A stretch of DNA of 64,000 bases from Syntrophales bacterium. Its GTDB lineage: Bacteria > Desulfobacterota > Syntrophia > Syntrophales > PHBD01. Location of the stretch: positions 4,000,001 to 4,064,000 of the forward strand of contig OY764159.1 of assembly GCA_963668175.1 (NCBI GenBank), in the 5' to 3' direction. Of the stretch, positions 32,105-42,385 are shown in pieces. A model generated the notes under the pieces. It was not told where the DNA came from and ran no database searches. It saw only the letters and a list, made by a program, of their open reading frames with translations. A program made the position numbers and the translations under genes. The stretch's first letter is position 1; each line of letters starts with the position of its first letter.

Positions 32105-33247
32105 ATGGATTTTGAATTGACGGAAGAATTGAAGATGTTGAAGGAGATGGCGTACAAGTTTGCCGTGGCGGAAATGACGTCCATCTCGAAGGAATGCGAC
32201 GAACACGAGAAATACACGCCCGAGGTCCGGAAGAAGGCGGCGGAAAACGGCCTCGTCGGGGCCTGGGTCCCGGAGGCATACGGAGGCGCCGGTGCCGGCA
32301 TCCTGGGCAACTCGATCATCACGGAAGAACTGTCGAAGGTCGACATGGGGATCGGGCTCAACATCGTGGCGGCGACCTTCGGTTGCGAATCGATCATCCA
32401 GTACGGAACGGAAGAGCAGAAGAAGACCTATCTGCCGCCCGTCTGCGCCGGGGACTGGGTCAGTGCGGGGGCGTTCACGGAGCCGAACGCCGGCACGGAT
32501 GTCGCGGGTTACAAGACCCGTGCGGTGAAGGACGGATCGGACTACGTGATCAACGGCAACAAGATGTTCATCACGAACGGGACGGTCTGCGACTTCATGG
32601 TGACGCAGTGCATCACGAACCCGGAAGAGAAGAAGCACAACAGCTTCTCCCTGATCATCATCCCGGCCGACGCCAAAGGCGTGACTCGGAACAAGATTCA
32701 CGGGAAGATGGGCATCCGGTCGAGCGATACGGCGGAGATCGCCCTGGAGGACGTGCGAGTTCCCCAGACGAACCTGGTCGGGAAGGAAGGCCGCGGCTTC
32801 ATCCAGTTGATGCACTTCTTTGATACGACGCGCGTCATGGTGTCGGCGCAGGGCTTGGGCCTGTCGGAGGCCTGCCTGGAGACGAGCATCAAGTACGTGA
32901 AGGAGAGGACGGCATTCGGGTTGCCGCTGGGCGGCTTCCAGATGACGCAGAAGAAGCTGACGGAGATGGCGATCATGATCGAGGCGCTTCGCGGTTTGAT
33001 CTACAAGTCGGCATGGCTGATCGACGTCGGCCGTCCGGACTACCATCTGGCGGCGATGGCGAAGTTCTACAGCGGCCAGACGGCGGTGTTCTGCGCAAAC
33101 GCCGGCGTGGAACTGCACGGGGGTTACGGCTACATCGACGAGTATTCGGTGCAGAAGTGGTACCGCGATGCGAAGATCCTGGAGCTGTACGAGGGCACGA
33201 AAGAAGCGGAAATCCTGACCATCGGCAGAACCCTCCAAACCAAATAG
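32105..33247 (+). CDS. Acyl-CoA dehydrogenase
   Basis: FTEPNAGTD, INGNKMFITNG, KMGIR, HGGYG, LYEGT motifs. Confidence 0.95.
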   Translation: MDFELTEELKMLKEMAYKFAVAEMTSISKECDEHEKYTPEVRKKAAENGLVGAWVPEAYGGAGAGILGNSIITEELSKVDMGIGLNIVAATFGCESIIQYGTEEQKKTYLPPVCAGDWVSAGAFTEPNAGTDVAGYKTRAVKDGSDYVINGNKMFITNGTVCDFMVTQCITNPEEKKHNSFSLIIIPADAKGVTRNKIHGKMGIRSSDTAEIALEDVRVPQTNLVGKEGRGFIQLMHFFDTTRVMVSAQGLGLSEACLETSIKYVKERTAFGLPLGGFQMTQKKLTEMAIMIEALRGLIYKSAWLIDVGRPDYHLAAMAKFYSGQTAVFCANAGVELHGGYGYIDEYSVQKWYRDAKILELYEGTKEAEILTIGRTLQTK

Positions 33248-33470
33248 GATCGGAGACAAACCCGACAGGAACCAGGCTCCCGTCGGGAGGCGTTAAGACA
33301 CAGAATATTTATTCAGCAAAACGTGTTTCATCGCAGCACCAGGAAGGGTGAATTCCTCTTCACCCGGCGCTCCCTGCCTCTTTCCTATGAAACCGCGGAA
33401 GAAGGAAGCAGAGAGTGGGGACAAATGTTCATTCACATCCCTATCTATCTTAATAAGGAGGTACGACAAC

Positions 33471-35117
33471 ATGGCAGCTTATTTCAGTCCCCTATCCAAC
33501 GAGGATAAAGCCAAATTCAATTTCATCAACAAAGAGAACCTCGAATTCCTGATGAACCGTTACAACAAGGTGAACCGCTGGGTGATTGCCGATATGATCC
33601 GGCGAAGCGCCTATCACTATCCCGACAAGAAGGCCCTGATCTTTGGTGACCAGGTTCTGACTTATAGAGAGCTCGAAGCGGCGTGCAACCGGACGGCCAA
33701 CGCCCTCCTCGGCCTGGGCGTGAAGAAATACGACCGCGTGGCCATCCTCGCCCATAATACGGTCGATCATGTGCTGACCTGGATGGGATGCGCCAAGATC
33801 GGCGCCATCTACCTGGCCGTCAACTACCTCCTCCGGGGCAAAGACATATCCTACTGCATCAATCACTCGGAAAGTAAGGTGTTCATCATCGAGGACGCTC
33901 TCTATGACCTCATGAAAGATGTCATAGACGACATGCCCACCGTAAAGACTTTCATCTGGTCGCGGCAGGGTGCCAGCAAGCCCCCCGTCAGCGATCGGTT
34001 TCTCGATTTCGAACCATGGTACAAAAAGGGATCGGACAGCGAACCGGATGCCGAACTGCATATCGAAGAACCCTGCCAGATGACCTACACCAGCGGAACG
34101 GAATCGCTGCCGAAGGGCGTCATCATCAGCAATCAGGCCCTCATGGCCGAATATATGGGCTGTATCATCGACGGGCAGTACGACGAGGACGACATCAATA
34201 TCAACGCCCTACCCATCTACCATTGCGCCCAGCGCGACGTTTTCATGAACCCCATCTTCTGGGTGGGGGGAACGAACGTCCTCATGGCACCCGATATCGG
34301 CATGATCCTGAAGAACATCCAGGACTACAAGGCAACGATGTTCTTTGCGCCGCCGACGGTCTGGATCGGCATGCTCCGTCATCCCGATTTCACCAAGTAC
34401 GACCTCTCCAGCCTGAAAAAATGCTATTACGGGGCATCCATCATGCCCGTCGAAATCCTGAAGGAGATCATGGAAAAGGTGCCAGGGGCCAGGATTTACA
34501 ACTACTACGGACAGACGGAACTGGCACCGTACCATACCATTCTCAAAGCGAAAGACGCCCTCAAGAAACTCGGCTCGGCAGGTCTGGGCGGCCTCAATAT
34601 GGAAACCCGCCTGGAAGACGACGACGGCAAACCGATCGGTCAGCCCGAAATCCCCGGCGAGATCTGCGGCAAAGGCCCTCACGCCCTCATCATGTATTTC
34701 AAAGAGCCGGACAAGACCGATGCCGCCATGAAGGGAGGGTGGTTCCACTCGGGCGATATCGGTGTGATGGACGAGGACCGCTACATCACCGTCGCCGATC
34801 GCAAAAAGGACATGATCAAGACCGGCGGCGAGAACGTGCCGACCCGCGAGGTGGAGGAGGCCATTTATCTCGATAAACGCGTCCAGGAAGTGGCGGTCAT
34901 CGGCCTGCCCGATCCGAAATGGGTGGAAAAAGTGGCGGCGATCATCGTTGCCAAGCCGAACACAACAATTACCGAAGAGGAGATCATTACCCATTGCCGC
35001 AAGGAGTTGGCGGGATTCAAAGTTCCCAAGAAGGTGATCTTTGTCGATCAACTCCCCAAAACCCCGACGGGCAAAATTTTGAAGCGGGAGATGCGGGTCA
35101 TGTACAAGGATAAATAA
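33471..35117 (+). CDS. Acyl-CoA synthetase (AMP-forming)
   Basis: YTSGTESLPKG, YGQTE, FHSGD, IKTGGENV, PKTPTGK motifs. ATG at 33471 after AAGGAGG. Confidence 0.95.
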   Translation: MAAYFSPLSNEDKAKFNFINKENLEFLMNRYNKVNRWVIADMIRRSAYHYPDKKALIFGDQVLTYRELEAACNRTANALLGLGVKKYDRVAILAHNTVDHVLTWMGCAKIGAIYLAVNYLLRGKDISYCINHSESKVFIIEDALYDLMKDVIDDMPTVKTFIWSRQGASKPPVSDRFLDFEPWYKKGSDSEPDAELHIEEPCQMTYTSGTESLPKGVIISNQALMAEYMGCIIDGQYDEDDININALPIYHCAQRDVFMNPIFWVGGTNVLMAPDIGMILKNIQDYKATMFFAPPTVWIGMLRHPDFTKYDLSSLKKCYYGASIMPVEILKEIMEKVPGARIYNYYGQTELAPYHTILKAKDALKKLGSAGLGGLNMETRLEDDDGKPIGQPEIPGEICGKGPHALIMYFKEPDKTDAAMKGGWFHSGDIGVMDEDRYITVADRKKDMIKTGGENVPTREVEEAIYLDKRVQEVAVIGLPDPKWVEKVAAIIVAKPNTTITEEEIITHCRKELAGFKVPKKVIFVDQLPKTPTGKILKREMRVMYKDK

Positions 35118-35276
35118 CAAGCATCTTCACGGTTAAACGGAAAAACAGAGGCACCGGGCGGACGGCTGCGGCGAAAGGGCCGCGGCTCTTCGCCCGGACA
35201 TTTCGATCATAGATTGAACCGCACCTGCCAGATGCGCAGCATACAAACGATTATACGGCAATGCAGGAGGTAAAAA

Positions 35277-36527
35277 ATGAAAGATGTGGTCATCGTATCC
35301 GCCTGCCGCACAGCCATAGGCGGATTCGGAGGAACGTTAAGAGACATGAATCTTGCAACCCTGGGCTCCGTGGCCATGAAGGAGGCCGTGAGAAGGGCCG
35401 GGATCGATCCGGCCTTGCTCGGTGATGTCCGCTTCGGCTGCTGCCGGGAGCCCGTCGATACATTGAACGTCGCCCGGATTTCCGCTCTCATGGCGGGAAT
35501 TCCCGAGGAGGTCACCGCCGTCACGATCAACCGGGTCTGTATCTCGGGGATGGAAGCCGTCCAGTCGGGAATGGCCATGATCCAGGCGGAGATGGTGGAT
35601 GCCGTTCTCGCCGGCGGCATGGAACATATGTCCGGAATAACTTATTCCGTGCCGAATGCCCGCTGGGGATGCCGATTTCAGGACCAGGTCTTCGTAGACG
35701 ATATCGTTCATGCCCTCCATGCCGGCTCCCATGTCCTGCGCGGACTTGAACAGGGGCCGATCAAGGAAGGAGCGATCGTCGACAAGTTTCGCGGTAAACC
35801 TTACATCATGGGAATCACGGCCGAATTGATCGCTGAAAAATACAACCTGTCCCGGGAAGCAATCGACGAGGTCGCCCTCCGGAGCCACAACAATGCCGAG
35901 CGGGCGACCGTCCAGGGCGATTTCCGGGATGAGATCGTCCCGCTCGAGCTTCCCCAGAAGAAGGGAAAACCGCCCAAGATTTTCGACAAGGACGAACATT
36001 TCCGGCCGGGACTCACCATGGAGGAACTGGCCTCACTGCCTCCGGCTTTCATCCCCAAAACCGGGAAGGTGACAGCCGGCAACTCATCCGGCGTCAACGA
36101 CGGGGCGTCCGCCATGGTGATTATGTCGGCGGACAAGGCCCGCGAGTTGGGGCTCAAACCCATCGCCAAAATCAAGGCGGTGGGCAGGGGCGGTTGCCAC
36201 CCTTCCATCATGGGTATGAGTCCCGTACCGGCGGTCAAGGACCTTCTCATCAAGTCGCACCTCAAGCTCAGCGATTTCGAGCTGATCGAACTCAACGAGG
36301 CCTTCGCCGCCCAATACCTGGGCCTGGAACGGGAACTGGGGTTGAATCGCGAGATCACGAATGTCAACGGTTCCGGCTGCGGTCTCGGCCATCCGGTAGG
36401 ATCGACCGGCTGCCGGATCATGGTCACGCTCCTTCATGCCATGAAGAAACGGGGCAAGACCCTGGGGCTGGCCACCCTCTGCGGAGGCGGAGGCGTGTCG
36501 CTGGCGACGGCCTTGGAAATGATGTAA
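35277..36527 (+). CDS. Acetyl-CoA C-acyltransferase (thiolase)
   Basis: INRVCISG, NEAFAAQ, GHPVG, LCGGGG motifs. Confidence 0.95.
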   Translation: MKDVVIVSACRTAIGGFGGTLRDMNLATLGSVAMKEAVRRAGIDPALLGDVRFGCCREPVDTLNVARISALMAGIPEEVTAVTINRVCISGMEAVQSGMAMIQAEMVDAVLAGGMEHMSGITYSVPNARWGCRFQDQVFVDDIVHALHAGSHVLRGLEQGPIKEGAIVDKFRGKPYIMGITAELIAEKYNLSREAIDEVALRSHNNAERATVQGDFRDEIVPLELPQKKGKPPKIFDKDEHFRPGLTMEELASLPPAFIPKTGKVTAGNSSGVNDGASAMVIMSADKARELGLKPIAKIKAVGRGGCHPSIMGMSPVPAVKDLLIKSHLKLSDFELIELNEAFAAQYLGLERELGLNREITNVNGSGCGLGHPVGSTGCRIMVTLLHAMKKRGKTLGLATLCGGGGVSLATALEMM

Positions 36528-36544
36528 CTGCATGTTGACAACCG

Positions 36545-36580
36545 AGGGCCGGTCCGTTGCGCTTTCGGATCGGCCCTTTC
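36545..36580 (+). terminator. Intrinsic terminator after the thiolase gene
   Basis: AGGGCCGGTCCG / CGGATCGGCCCT hairpin followed by a short T-rich stretch. Confidence 0.6.
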
Positions 36581-36704
36581 TGTTATGGATGAAACAACCG
36601 CGTCCCTTTTCATCTATCCGGATATGTCCGGCCCCACCGATTGCCCCAAGTCACGTTGCAAAGGACGGGATCTTCTGTTATAGATTCTGTCAACGTCGCC
36701 GATC

Positions 36705-37091
36705 ATGGAGGGAATCGCCGTGCCTTTGAACAAAAGCATCGCCGTATGGGTTGCCGGCATCGTTCTGGTGCCGGTTCTTGCCGTCGTCATCTATACGTGG
36801 ATTGCCCTGACCTGGAGCTATGCAACAGGGGAACGGGCCGGATACGTGCAGAAGCTGTCCAAGAAGGGCTGGGTCTGCAAGACATGGGAAGGGGAAATGG
36901 CGCTGGTGACGATGCCCGGCACGGTCGCCGAAAAATTCTACTTTACCGTCAGGGACGATGCCCTGGCGCAGAAGCTCAATTCCCTCGTCGGAAAACGTCT
37001 CACCGTCTCTTACGAGCAGCACAAAGGCCTGCCGACGACGTGTTTCGGCGAAACGGAATACTTCGCCACATCGGTGAAAGTGATCGAATAG
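36705..37091 (+). CDS. Membrane-anchored hypothetical protein
   Basis: One N-terminal TM helix and a small domain (GERAGYVQKLSKKGWVCKTWEGE). Start may be GTG at 36720. Confidence 0.7.
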   Translation: MEGIAVPLNKSIAVWVAGIVLVPVLAVVIYTWIALTWSYATGERAGYVQKLSKKGWVCKTWEGEMALVTMPGTVAEKFYFTVRDDALAQKLNSLVGKRLTVSYEQHKGLPTTCFGETEYFATSVKVIE

Positions 37092-37181
37092 GGACGATCA
37101 TACCGCCTGTGAAGAAGCCACGCAAGGGCTATCCCTATCCCCTTTAACTATTGCCGGTTACCGACCGTCAAATGAATGCTA

Positions 37182-37607
37182 CTAAAAACGGAAGATAACC
37201 CAAGGTGACGCCGACGGCTCATCTTTCCGCACCCCTTCCTCGTTTCGCTTCTGGCTTAACTCATTTTTATCGATAAAGCCGTCACGGTTCTTGTCCAGGT
37301 TCTTAAACTGCGTCATGGAACCCTTTATGAATTCTTCCCGGGATAGCCTGCCGTCTTTATTGGTATCCCACGCCTTAAATAACTTCTTGCCGTCGCGAAT
37401 GCCCATAGCCTTGAACTCGTCCCAATCCAGATATCCGTCATGGTTCTTGTCAAGTCTGTCAAAGAGTTTTCCTGCCGCGTCCCGGTACTCTTTTCGGTCG
37501 ATCTTCTTGTTGCCGTCGGCGTCGATTCCGCCGAATAAGTCGTCTTCGGCAAACGCCGGGACCGCGACCATGACTGCCATCAAAACCGTTATGAACATTC
37601 TGAGCAT
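37182..37607 (-). CDS. Secreted EF-hand calcium-binding protein
   Basis: Signal peptide (ends AFA) and four EF-hand loops: DADGNKKIDRKE, DKNHDGYLDWDE, DTNKDGRLSREE, DKNRDGFIDKNE. Confidence 0.88.
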   Translation of the reverse strand: MLRMFITVLMAVMVAVPAFAEDDLFGGIDADGNKKIDRKEYRDAAGKLFDRLDKNHDGYLDWDEFKAMGIRDGKKLFKAWDTNKDGRLSREEFIKGSMTQFKNLDKNRDGFIDKNELSQKRNEEGVRKDEPSASPWVIFRF

Positions 37608-37912
37608 CGTCTCTCTCCTTATCCTGAATCATTTCCCGTACGGGGAAGTCTTCCATATCCCGGTCAATTAGTCAACTCTAGCCTTACACTCGTGTGTAAT
37701 CATTTTCCGCAATACCCCATTGACGGTCAGGCAGCATTTCCTTATACTGAAAACTGATGCGGATTCTGCATTGCTTACGCAGGATATGCATGAAAAGAAA
37801 AGGAGGAATCGTATTCCCCGTCGGACGCGCAAGTTCCGGTCCGGATTAGATCGTATGCGTCAGGTTGGCATACGCGTACTCACGATCCATCAGCTATCGA
37901 GGGAGGGCACCC

Positions 37913-38869
37913 ATGATCAGAACCAGAATAACGGAATTGTTCGGCCTGCGTTACCCCATCATCCAGGCGGGCATGGTCTGGACCAGCGGCTGGCGGCTGG
38001 CGGCCGCCGTAGCGGAAGCCGGGGGACTGGGCCTCATCGGAGCCGGCTCCATGACGCCCGAACTGCTCCGGGAACACATCCATAAGATCGGGCAGGCAGG
38101 AACAAAAGGGGTATGGGGGGTGAACCTGCCCATCTTCTTTCAGTATGCCGACGACATGGCGAGGGTCATCACGGAAGAAGGCGTGAAGATCGTCTTCACT
38201 TCGGGCGGAAGTCCCAAGAAATATACGGGACGGTTCAAAGACGCAGGCATCAAGGTCGTGCATGTCACTTCAACGCCGGAACTCGCGTCGAAATGCGAAG
38301 AGGCGGGCGTGGACGCCGTCGTTGTAGAAGGTTTCGAGGCAGGTGGACATAACGGGCGGGACGAACTGACAACCCTCGTCCTGGTTCCCCAGACCAGGGA
38401 CGCCGTAAAAATTCCGGTGATTGCCGCCGGAGGCATCTACGACGGCCGCGGCGTGGCCGCCGTCCTGGCCATGGGGGCGGACGGAGCCCAGATCGGGAGC
38501 CGGTTTGCGGCAACGGTCGAATCAAGCTGTCATCCGAAATTCAAGGAGGCCATGGTCAAGGCCTCGCCGACCGACACGTTTCTCATCCTGAAAAAAATGA
38601 TCCCCGCCCGGGTCATCAAGAACGAGTGGTATGAGCGGATAGCGGAGGCGGAAGGCCGGGGCGCGTCGCAGGAAGAGTTGCTGCAGTTGATCGGCGAAAA
38701 GCGAACCCGGCTGGGTATGTTTGAAGGCGAGCTTCACGAGGGAGAACTGCAGATAGGACAAATCGCCGGTGCGATCCACGACGTGAGACCTACGGGAGAA
38801 CTCGTTCACGAAATCGGCAAGGAGTGCGAGCAGGTACTGCAAAATCTCCACGGAAGGATCGTGGCCTGA
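37913..38869 (+). CDS. FabK/nitronate monooxygenase family flavoprotein
   Basis: PIIQAGM, AGGLG, EGFEAGGH, IAAGGIYDGRG, GSRF, GQIAG motifs. ATG at 37913 after GGAGG. Confidence 0.9.
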   Translation: MIRTRITELFGLRYPIIQAGMVWTSGWRLAAAVAEAGGLGLIGAGSMTPELLREHIHKIGQAGTKGVWGVNLPIFFQYADDMARVITEEGVKIVFTSGGSPKKYTGRFKDAGIKVVHVTSTPELASKCEEAGVDAVVVEGFEAGGHNGRDELTTLVLVPQTRDAVKIPVIAAGGIYDGRGVAAVLAMGADGAQIGSRFAATVESSCHPKFKEAMVKASPTDTFLILKKMIPARVIKNEWYERIAEAEGRGASQEELLQLIGEKRTRLGMFEGELHEGELQIGQIAGAIHDVRPTGELVHEIGKECEQVLQNLHGRIVA

Positions 38870-38893
38870 CAGGTGATACACAATCCCGCCGAA

Positions 38894-39697
38894 TCAGAAG
38901 AGACACGTCTCGCCGGCAAGGGGCTTCCACTCGAACCACGCCCCGAGAGCGAGACGGTCCGCCCACTGGTCGATCATCGCCCGGTCCCCCTCGTGACTGT
39001 CGGGATAATCGTTCTCCGTTATCCTCGCCAGGGAGCTTCCTTCAAAGATGAAAACCGTACTATGGTAGGGCGCGACAAGGTCGAGCTGGAAAAAGTCTTC
39101 CAAGACCTTGAAATAGACGTAGTTCATGATATTGGATGCCCGGTAAATCTTTGACGGCATGACGCTTCCAACATCCAAAGATATCGACATAACGGCGACG
39201 GCCCGCTGGTCATTCAAAGCCTTGATCTGCATGTCCCTGAGAAAAGGAAAACTACCGCAGATCCATCTGTTGATCATAATCTCCGTGGGCATCCTCGTCA
39301 GTTGGTAAACAAGTCCTTCATACCACATCACGATCATTTGCCTTATCTTGTCTTTCCCGTAGAAGGCGGTAAGTCGGTGAATCTCGTCGTCCATTTCCAT
39401 GAGATAAGCCATCATGGTCCGCTTGTTGGCTACGGGAACATACCGGTTTTCAGCGTCAGCCCCATAAAGCCTCAGGATATGGCCGCACCGGCTGACGATG
39501 GCGTAGTCGATTTGCCCACCCAGTTTACCGTTATAATAAAGCTCATGGAAGGACGAATCCGGCCCGGCCAACCTGATCCGGACAGGGACCGTCAAATCCT
39601 TCTTCTCCACATAGTGAAATGGTTTCAGGGATATCTCTTCCACTTTCCTGAGAACGGCCCGGACGGTCTCCGGTAGATCGAGCGGCATTGGCTTCAT
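38894..39697 (-). CDS. Hypothetical protein
   Basis: 267-codon ORF with plausible composition and no family recognised with confidence. Confidence 0.65.
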   Translation of the reverse strand: MKPMPLDLPETVRAVLRKVEEISLKPFHYVEKKDLTVPVRIRLAGPDSSFHELYYNGKLGGQIDYAIVSRCGHILRLYGADAENRYVPVANKRTMMAYLMEMDDEIHRLTAFYGKDKIRQMIVMWYEGLVYQLTRMPTEIMINRWICGSFPFLRDMQIKALNDQRAVAVMSISLDVGSVMPSKIYRASNIMNYVYFKVLEDFFQLDLVAPYHSTVFIFEGSSLARITENDYPDSHEGDRAMIDQWADRLALGAWFEWKPLAGETCLF

Positions 39698-40063
39698 ACC
39701 TTAAGGGATTGCATCCATGACCGGGGCGCGGCATCGTCAACCGTCTGTCTTGAGCCCACCGGTCGTTGAAGGACAACCTAACGATTCCGACTCTATCAGC
39801 GTTTTGATGACTTCTCCCTCACTTTAAGAAAAGGAAGAGGCGATGTCAATGACAGACCTTACAATTCTCAAGACCCCCTCAAATCAAAGAAAGAAATTCC
39901 TTGGCTGTATAAAGAACCGCGTAACGGTGTTCGCACTGCAAAAACCGCTACGCAGCAAATATCCCGTAAACCGGCCTTTGCATCTAATCTTTCCAGATGA
40001 CCAGATCGACTTATCGCTAACAATATCAAGGCATTTCATTAATTCTCCACATTCTGTCCAGTC

Positions 40064-40078
40064 TGGCACGAATTGTGT
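40064..40078 (+). promoter_or_regulatory. Possible sigma54-like promoter (perfect -24, imperfect -12)
   Basis: TGGCACGAATTGTGT: TGGCACG matches consensus but -12 reads GT instead of GC; about 80 nt upstream of the 40160 ORF. Confidence 0.35.
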
Positions 40079-40159
40079 TCATATAATTTCTCAAAACGGT
40101 GCGGCGTGACATGTAAAGCTCGTCTCCGTAATATTTCAGATATTCACAGGGAGGCTGTT

Positions 40160-40594
40160 ATGGCAAAGAAAAAGACCGTAAGGAAAATGCATGACGTGGA
40201 CCGCAGCTTCAGCAAAGCCGATGAGACGGATAAAGGCTTATGGCTGGAGGCTTTTGATAAATACTACGAAGAGAATCTGGCGGTCTCGGAAGAGACCTTA
40301 TCTCACAGAGATGAAGCCGAACCTCAGCCCCCCGGCCTTTACGGGGTGGAAAACCTCTTCAATGGAGAGATGGAGGCCATTCTGGTCCTGGGAACGGCCG
40401 ACAAGACCAAATCCATCTCGCAAGCCGTCAAGTCCCAGCAGGGAATTGCAGCCTTTACACTGGCCTACGCGGGCCGCGGCGTTTTCAGATACGCCTTGCC
40501 TTCGGAAGAGGAGTCCATCACCGGTTCCCTCAGGCTTATGCCGAGCGATCCGGCAAGGGTCGGGAACAGTTCCGATACTCTGAGGCAGTGGTAA
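40160..40594 (+). CDS. Hypothetical protein
   Basis: ATG after GGGAGG RBS, 144 aa, followed by a terminator. Confidence 0.65.
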   Translation: MAKKKTVRKMHDVDRSFSKADETDKGLWLEAFDKYYEENLAVSEETLSHRDEAEPQPPGLYGVENLFNGEMEAILVLGTADKTKSISQAVKSQQGIAAFTLAYAGRGVFRYALPSEEESITGSLRLMPSDPARVGNSSDTLRQW

Positions 40595-40675
40595 CGTCCA
40601 AGGCTGTCGGAGGCCATCCGCTCAAATCGTACCGACATCGGATGTTTTTTATCCCGCGATTCAGCGCGAATTCCT

Positions 40676-40708
40676 ATCCCCCTTTCTTCTCGGAAGGGGG
40701 ATTTTTTT
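40676..40708 (+). terminator. Intrinsic terminator
   Basis: ATCCCCCTT / AAGGGGGAT stem followed by a T-tract. Confidence 0.75.
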
Positions 40709-40817
40709 GCGGGAATGCCCCGGGAGGGGAGTGCGTATTTTCATGGCGGCGCCGGTCTCCTTGACTAACCTTCCTTTTGCTTATATCATGGTATAATTAA
40801 AAAAGCGGCGGTTCCTC

Positions 40818-42341
40818 ATGGAAACCTTTACTCTCGCGGCCATCAGCCTGACGATAGCCATTTCCCTGACCATCAACAAGAAAAGGGACGGCCTGCAACT
40901 CTCTTTTGCCGCGCTCTGTTTGGCTGTTTTTTTTCACAAAAGCGGGGTTTTCTTCCATGACTTGCTGAAAAACCCTTTCTGGAAAATGATCGCCGATATG
41001 GGTCTCGTCGCGACGGCACCGCTCGCAATCCGTTTTACATCGGCCCTGTCGAACGGACTGAGTTTCCTCACCCCCAAATGGACCGTATCCGCGACCTTCA
41101 TGGCCGTTCTGCTGTCCGCGGCCACCTTCACGCCCCTTGACCGCTGGCTTTATATGGACACGGTTCTCCGGACATTTTCATTTGGTATGCTGGGTCTCTG
41201 TTATCTCGCACTGCTTCATTATACAAAATCCAAAGTGGCCGGTATCGAAAGATGGAGGTTTATTTATCTGTCGACAGCCTGTACGGTCTCAGCCGTCTTG
41301 AGCCTTCTCGATTTGTTCCATTACTTCGGTTATAATTTTCCCCGTTTGTCGGATATCGTCATTGCCGGTCTCCTCTATTTTGTATTCATGTTCATCACCC
41401 ATCACCGTCTTATAGAAATTCAGGAGTTGATGGCCCGAGCCCTCTTTATCGCCATTCTAACGATGTTTGCGGCGATTGCCATCTATTCCGTTATCGGACT
41501 GTTCGGCATGGGCGTCACCCTGCCGTTCACCCCGGTTCTGCTGGCTTCCTTTATCATCGTCATTTCCATCAGCCCTTTCCGGGAAATTCTGGAGAAACTG
41601 TTCGGCAAACTTTACCCGGACAGCAAAGACCTGTTCACGTCCATGTTTACCTTTGACGAAAAAATCGAGCGCGAAAAATCCGTGATGCTGGAGGAAATGG
41701 CTCCCGTCCTTGCTCACGAGATCCGCAACCCCCTAGGATCCATCAAAGGTGCGGCGCAGTATCTGCGCTCGGAGGCAACGACCGAGGAAAACGAGAAACT
41801 CCTGGACGTCATCATTGAAGAGGTCAACAGATTGAACAGTGTTGTTTCGCAGTTCCTCGACTTTGCGAAACCTTATACGTTGACGCTGAAGCCGACGGAT
41901 ATCAACCAAATCATCGAAAAGGCCGTTTCGATCATCAAGGCCAATGACATATCCGGAAAAATAACCATAGAGAGAGAACTTCGGCCTCACCTGCCGCCGA
42001 TCATGGCAGACCAGGAACAGATCATCCAGGTGATCCTGAATATCGCCTTCAACGGCATTGAAGCCATGCCGGAAGGCGGAACGCTCACATTCAGAACGAC
42101 CAAGATCGCAAGCGATGTAGGCGACGCCATAGGAATCTCCATCCGCGACACGGGCGCAGGCATCAAGAAGGAGGAGATGATCAACATTTTCAAGCCGTTT
42201 TTTACGACCAAGGAACGCGGCGTAGGGCTTGGATTGGCCATCTGCCGGAAAATCATCAAGACCCATGGCGGCCATATCCGCGCCAAGTCCATCGTCGGAC
42301 AGGGAAGCATCTTTTATATCAGATTGGGCACGGCCTATTGA
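40818..42341 (+). CDS. Multi-pass membrane sensor histidine kinase
   Basis: Multiple N-terminal TM helices; H-box LAHEIRNPL, N-box, DTGAG, PFFTTK, GLGL. Confidence 0.93.
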   Translation: METFTLAAISLTIAISLTINKKRDGLQLSFAALCLAVFFHKSGVFFHDLLKNPFWKMIADMGLVATAPLAIRFTSALSNGLSFLTPKWTVSATFMAVLLSAATFTPLDRWLYMDTVLRTFSFGMLGLCYLALLHYTKSKVAGIERWRFIYLSTACTVSAVLSLLDLFHYFGYNFPRLSDIVIAGLLYFVFMFITHHRLIEIQELMARALFIAILTMFAAIAIYSVIGLFGMGVTLPFTPVLLASFIIVISISPFREILEKLFGKLYPDSKDLFTSMFTFDEKIEREKSVMLEEMAPVLAHEIRNPLGSIKGAAQYLRSEATTEENEKLLDVIIEEVNRLNSVVSQFLDFAKPYTLTLKPTDINQIIEKAVSIIKANDISGKITIERELRPHLPPIMADQEQIIQVILNIAFNGIEAMPEGGTLTFRTTKIASDVGDAIGISIRDTGAGIKKEEMINIFKPFFTTKERGVGLGLAICRKIIKTHGGHIRAKSIVGQGSIFYIRLGTAY

Positions 42342-42385
42342 GACGCGTCCTTGACACGACAAACATTCCATAATAGATCAAACCT

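Noticed and set aside
27921..33259. Long antisense ORFs opposite hbd and the ACAD (and similar ones opposite proS, rph and the AGT-family gene)
   Set aside because: They are the expected by-product of biased codon usage on the coding strand and show no recognisable motifs.
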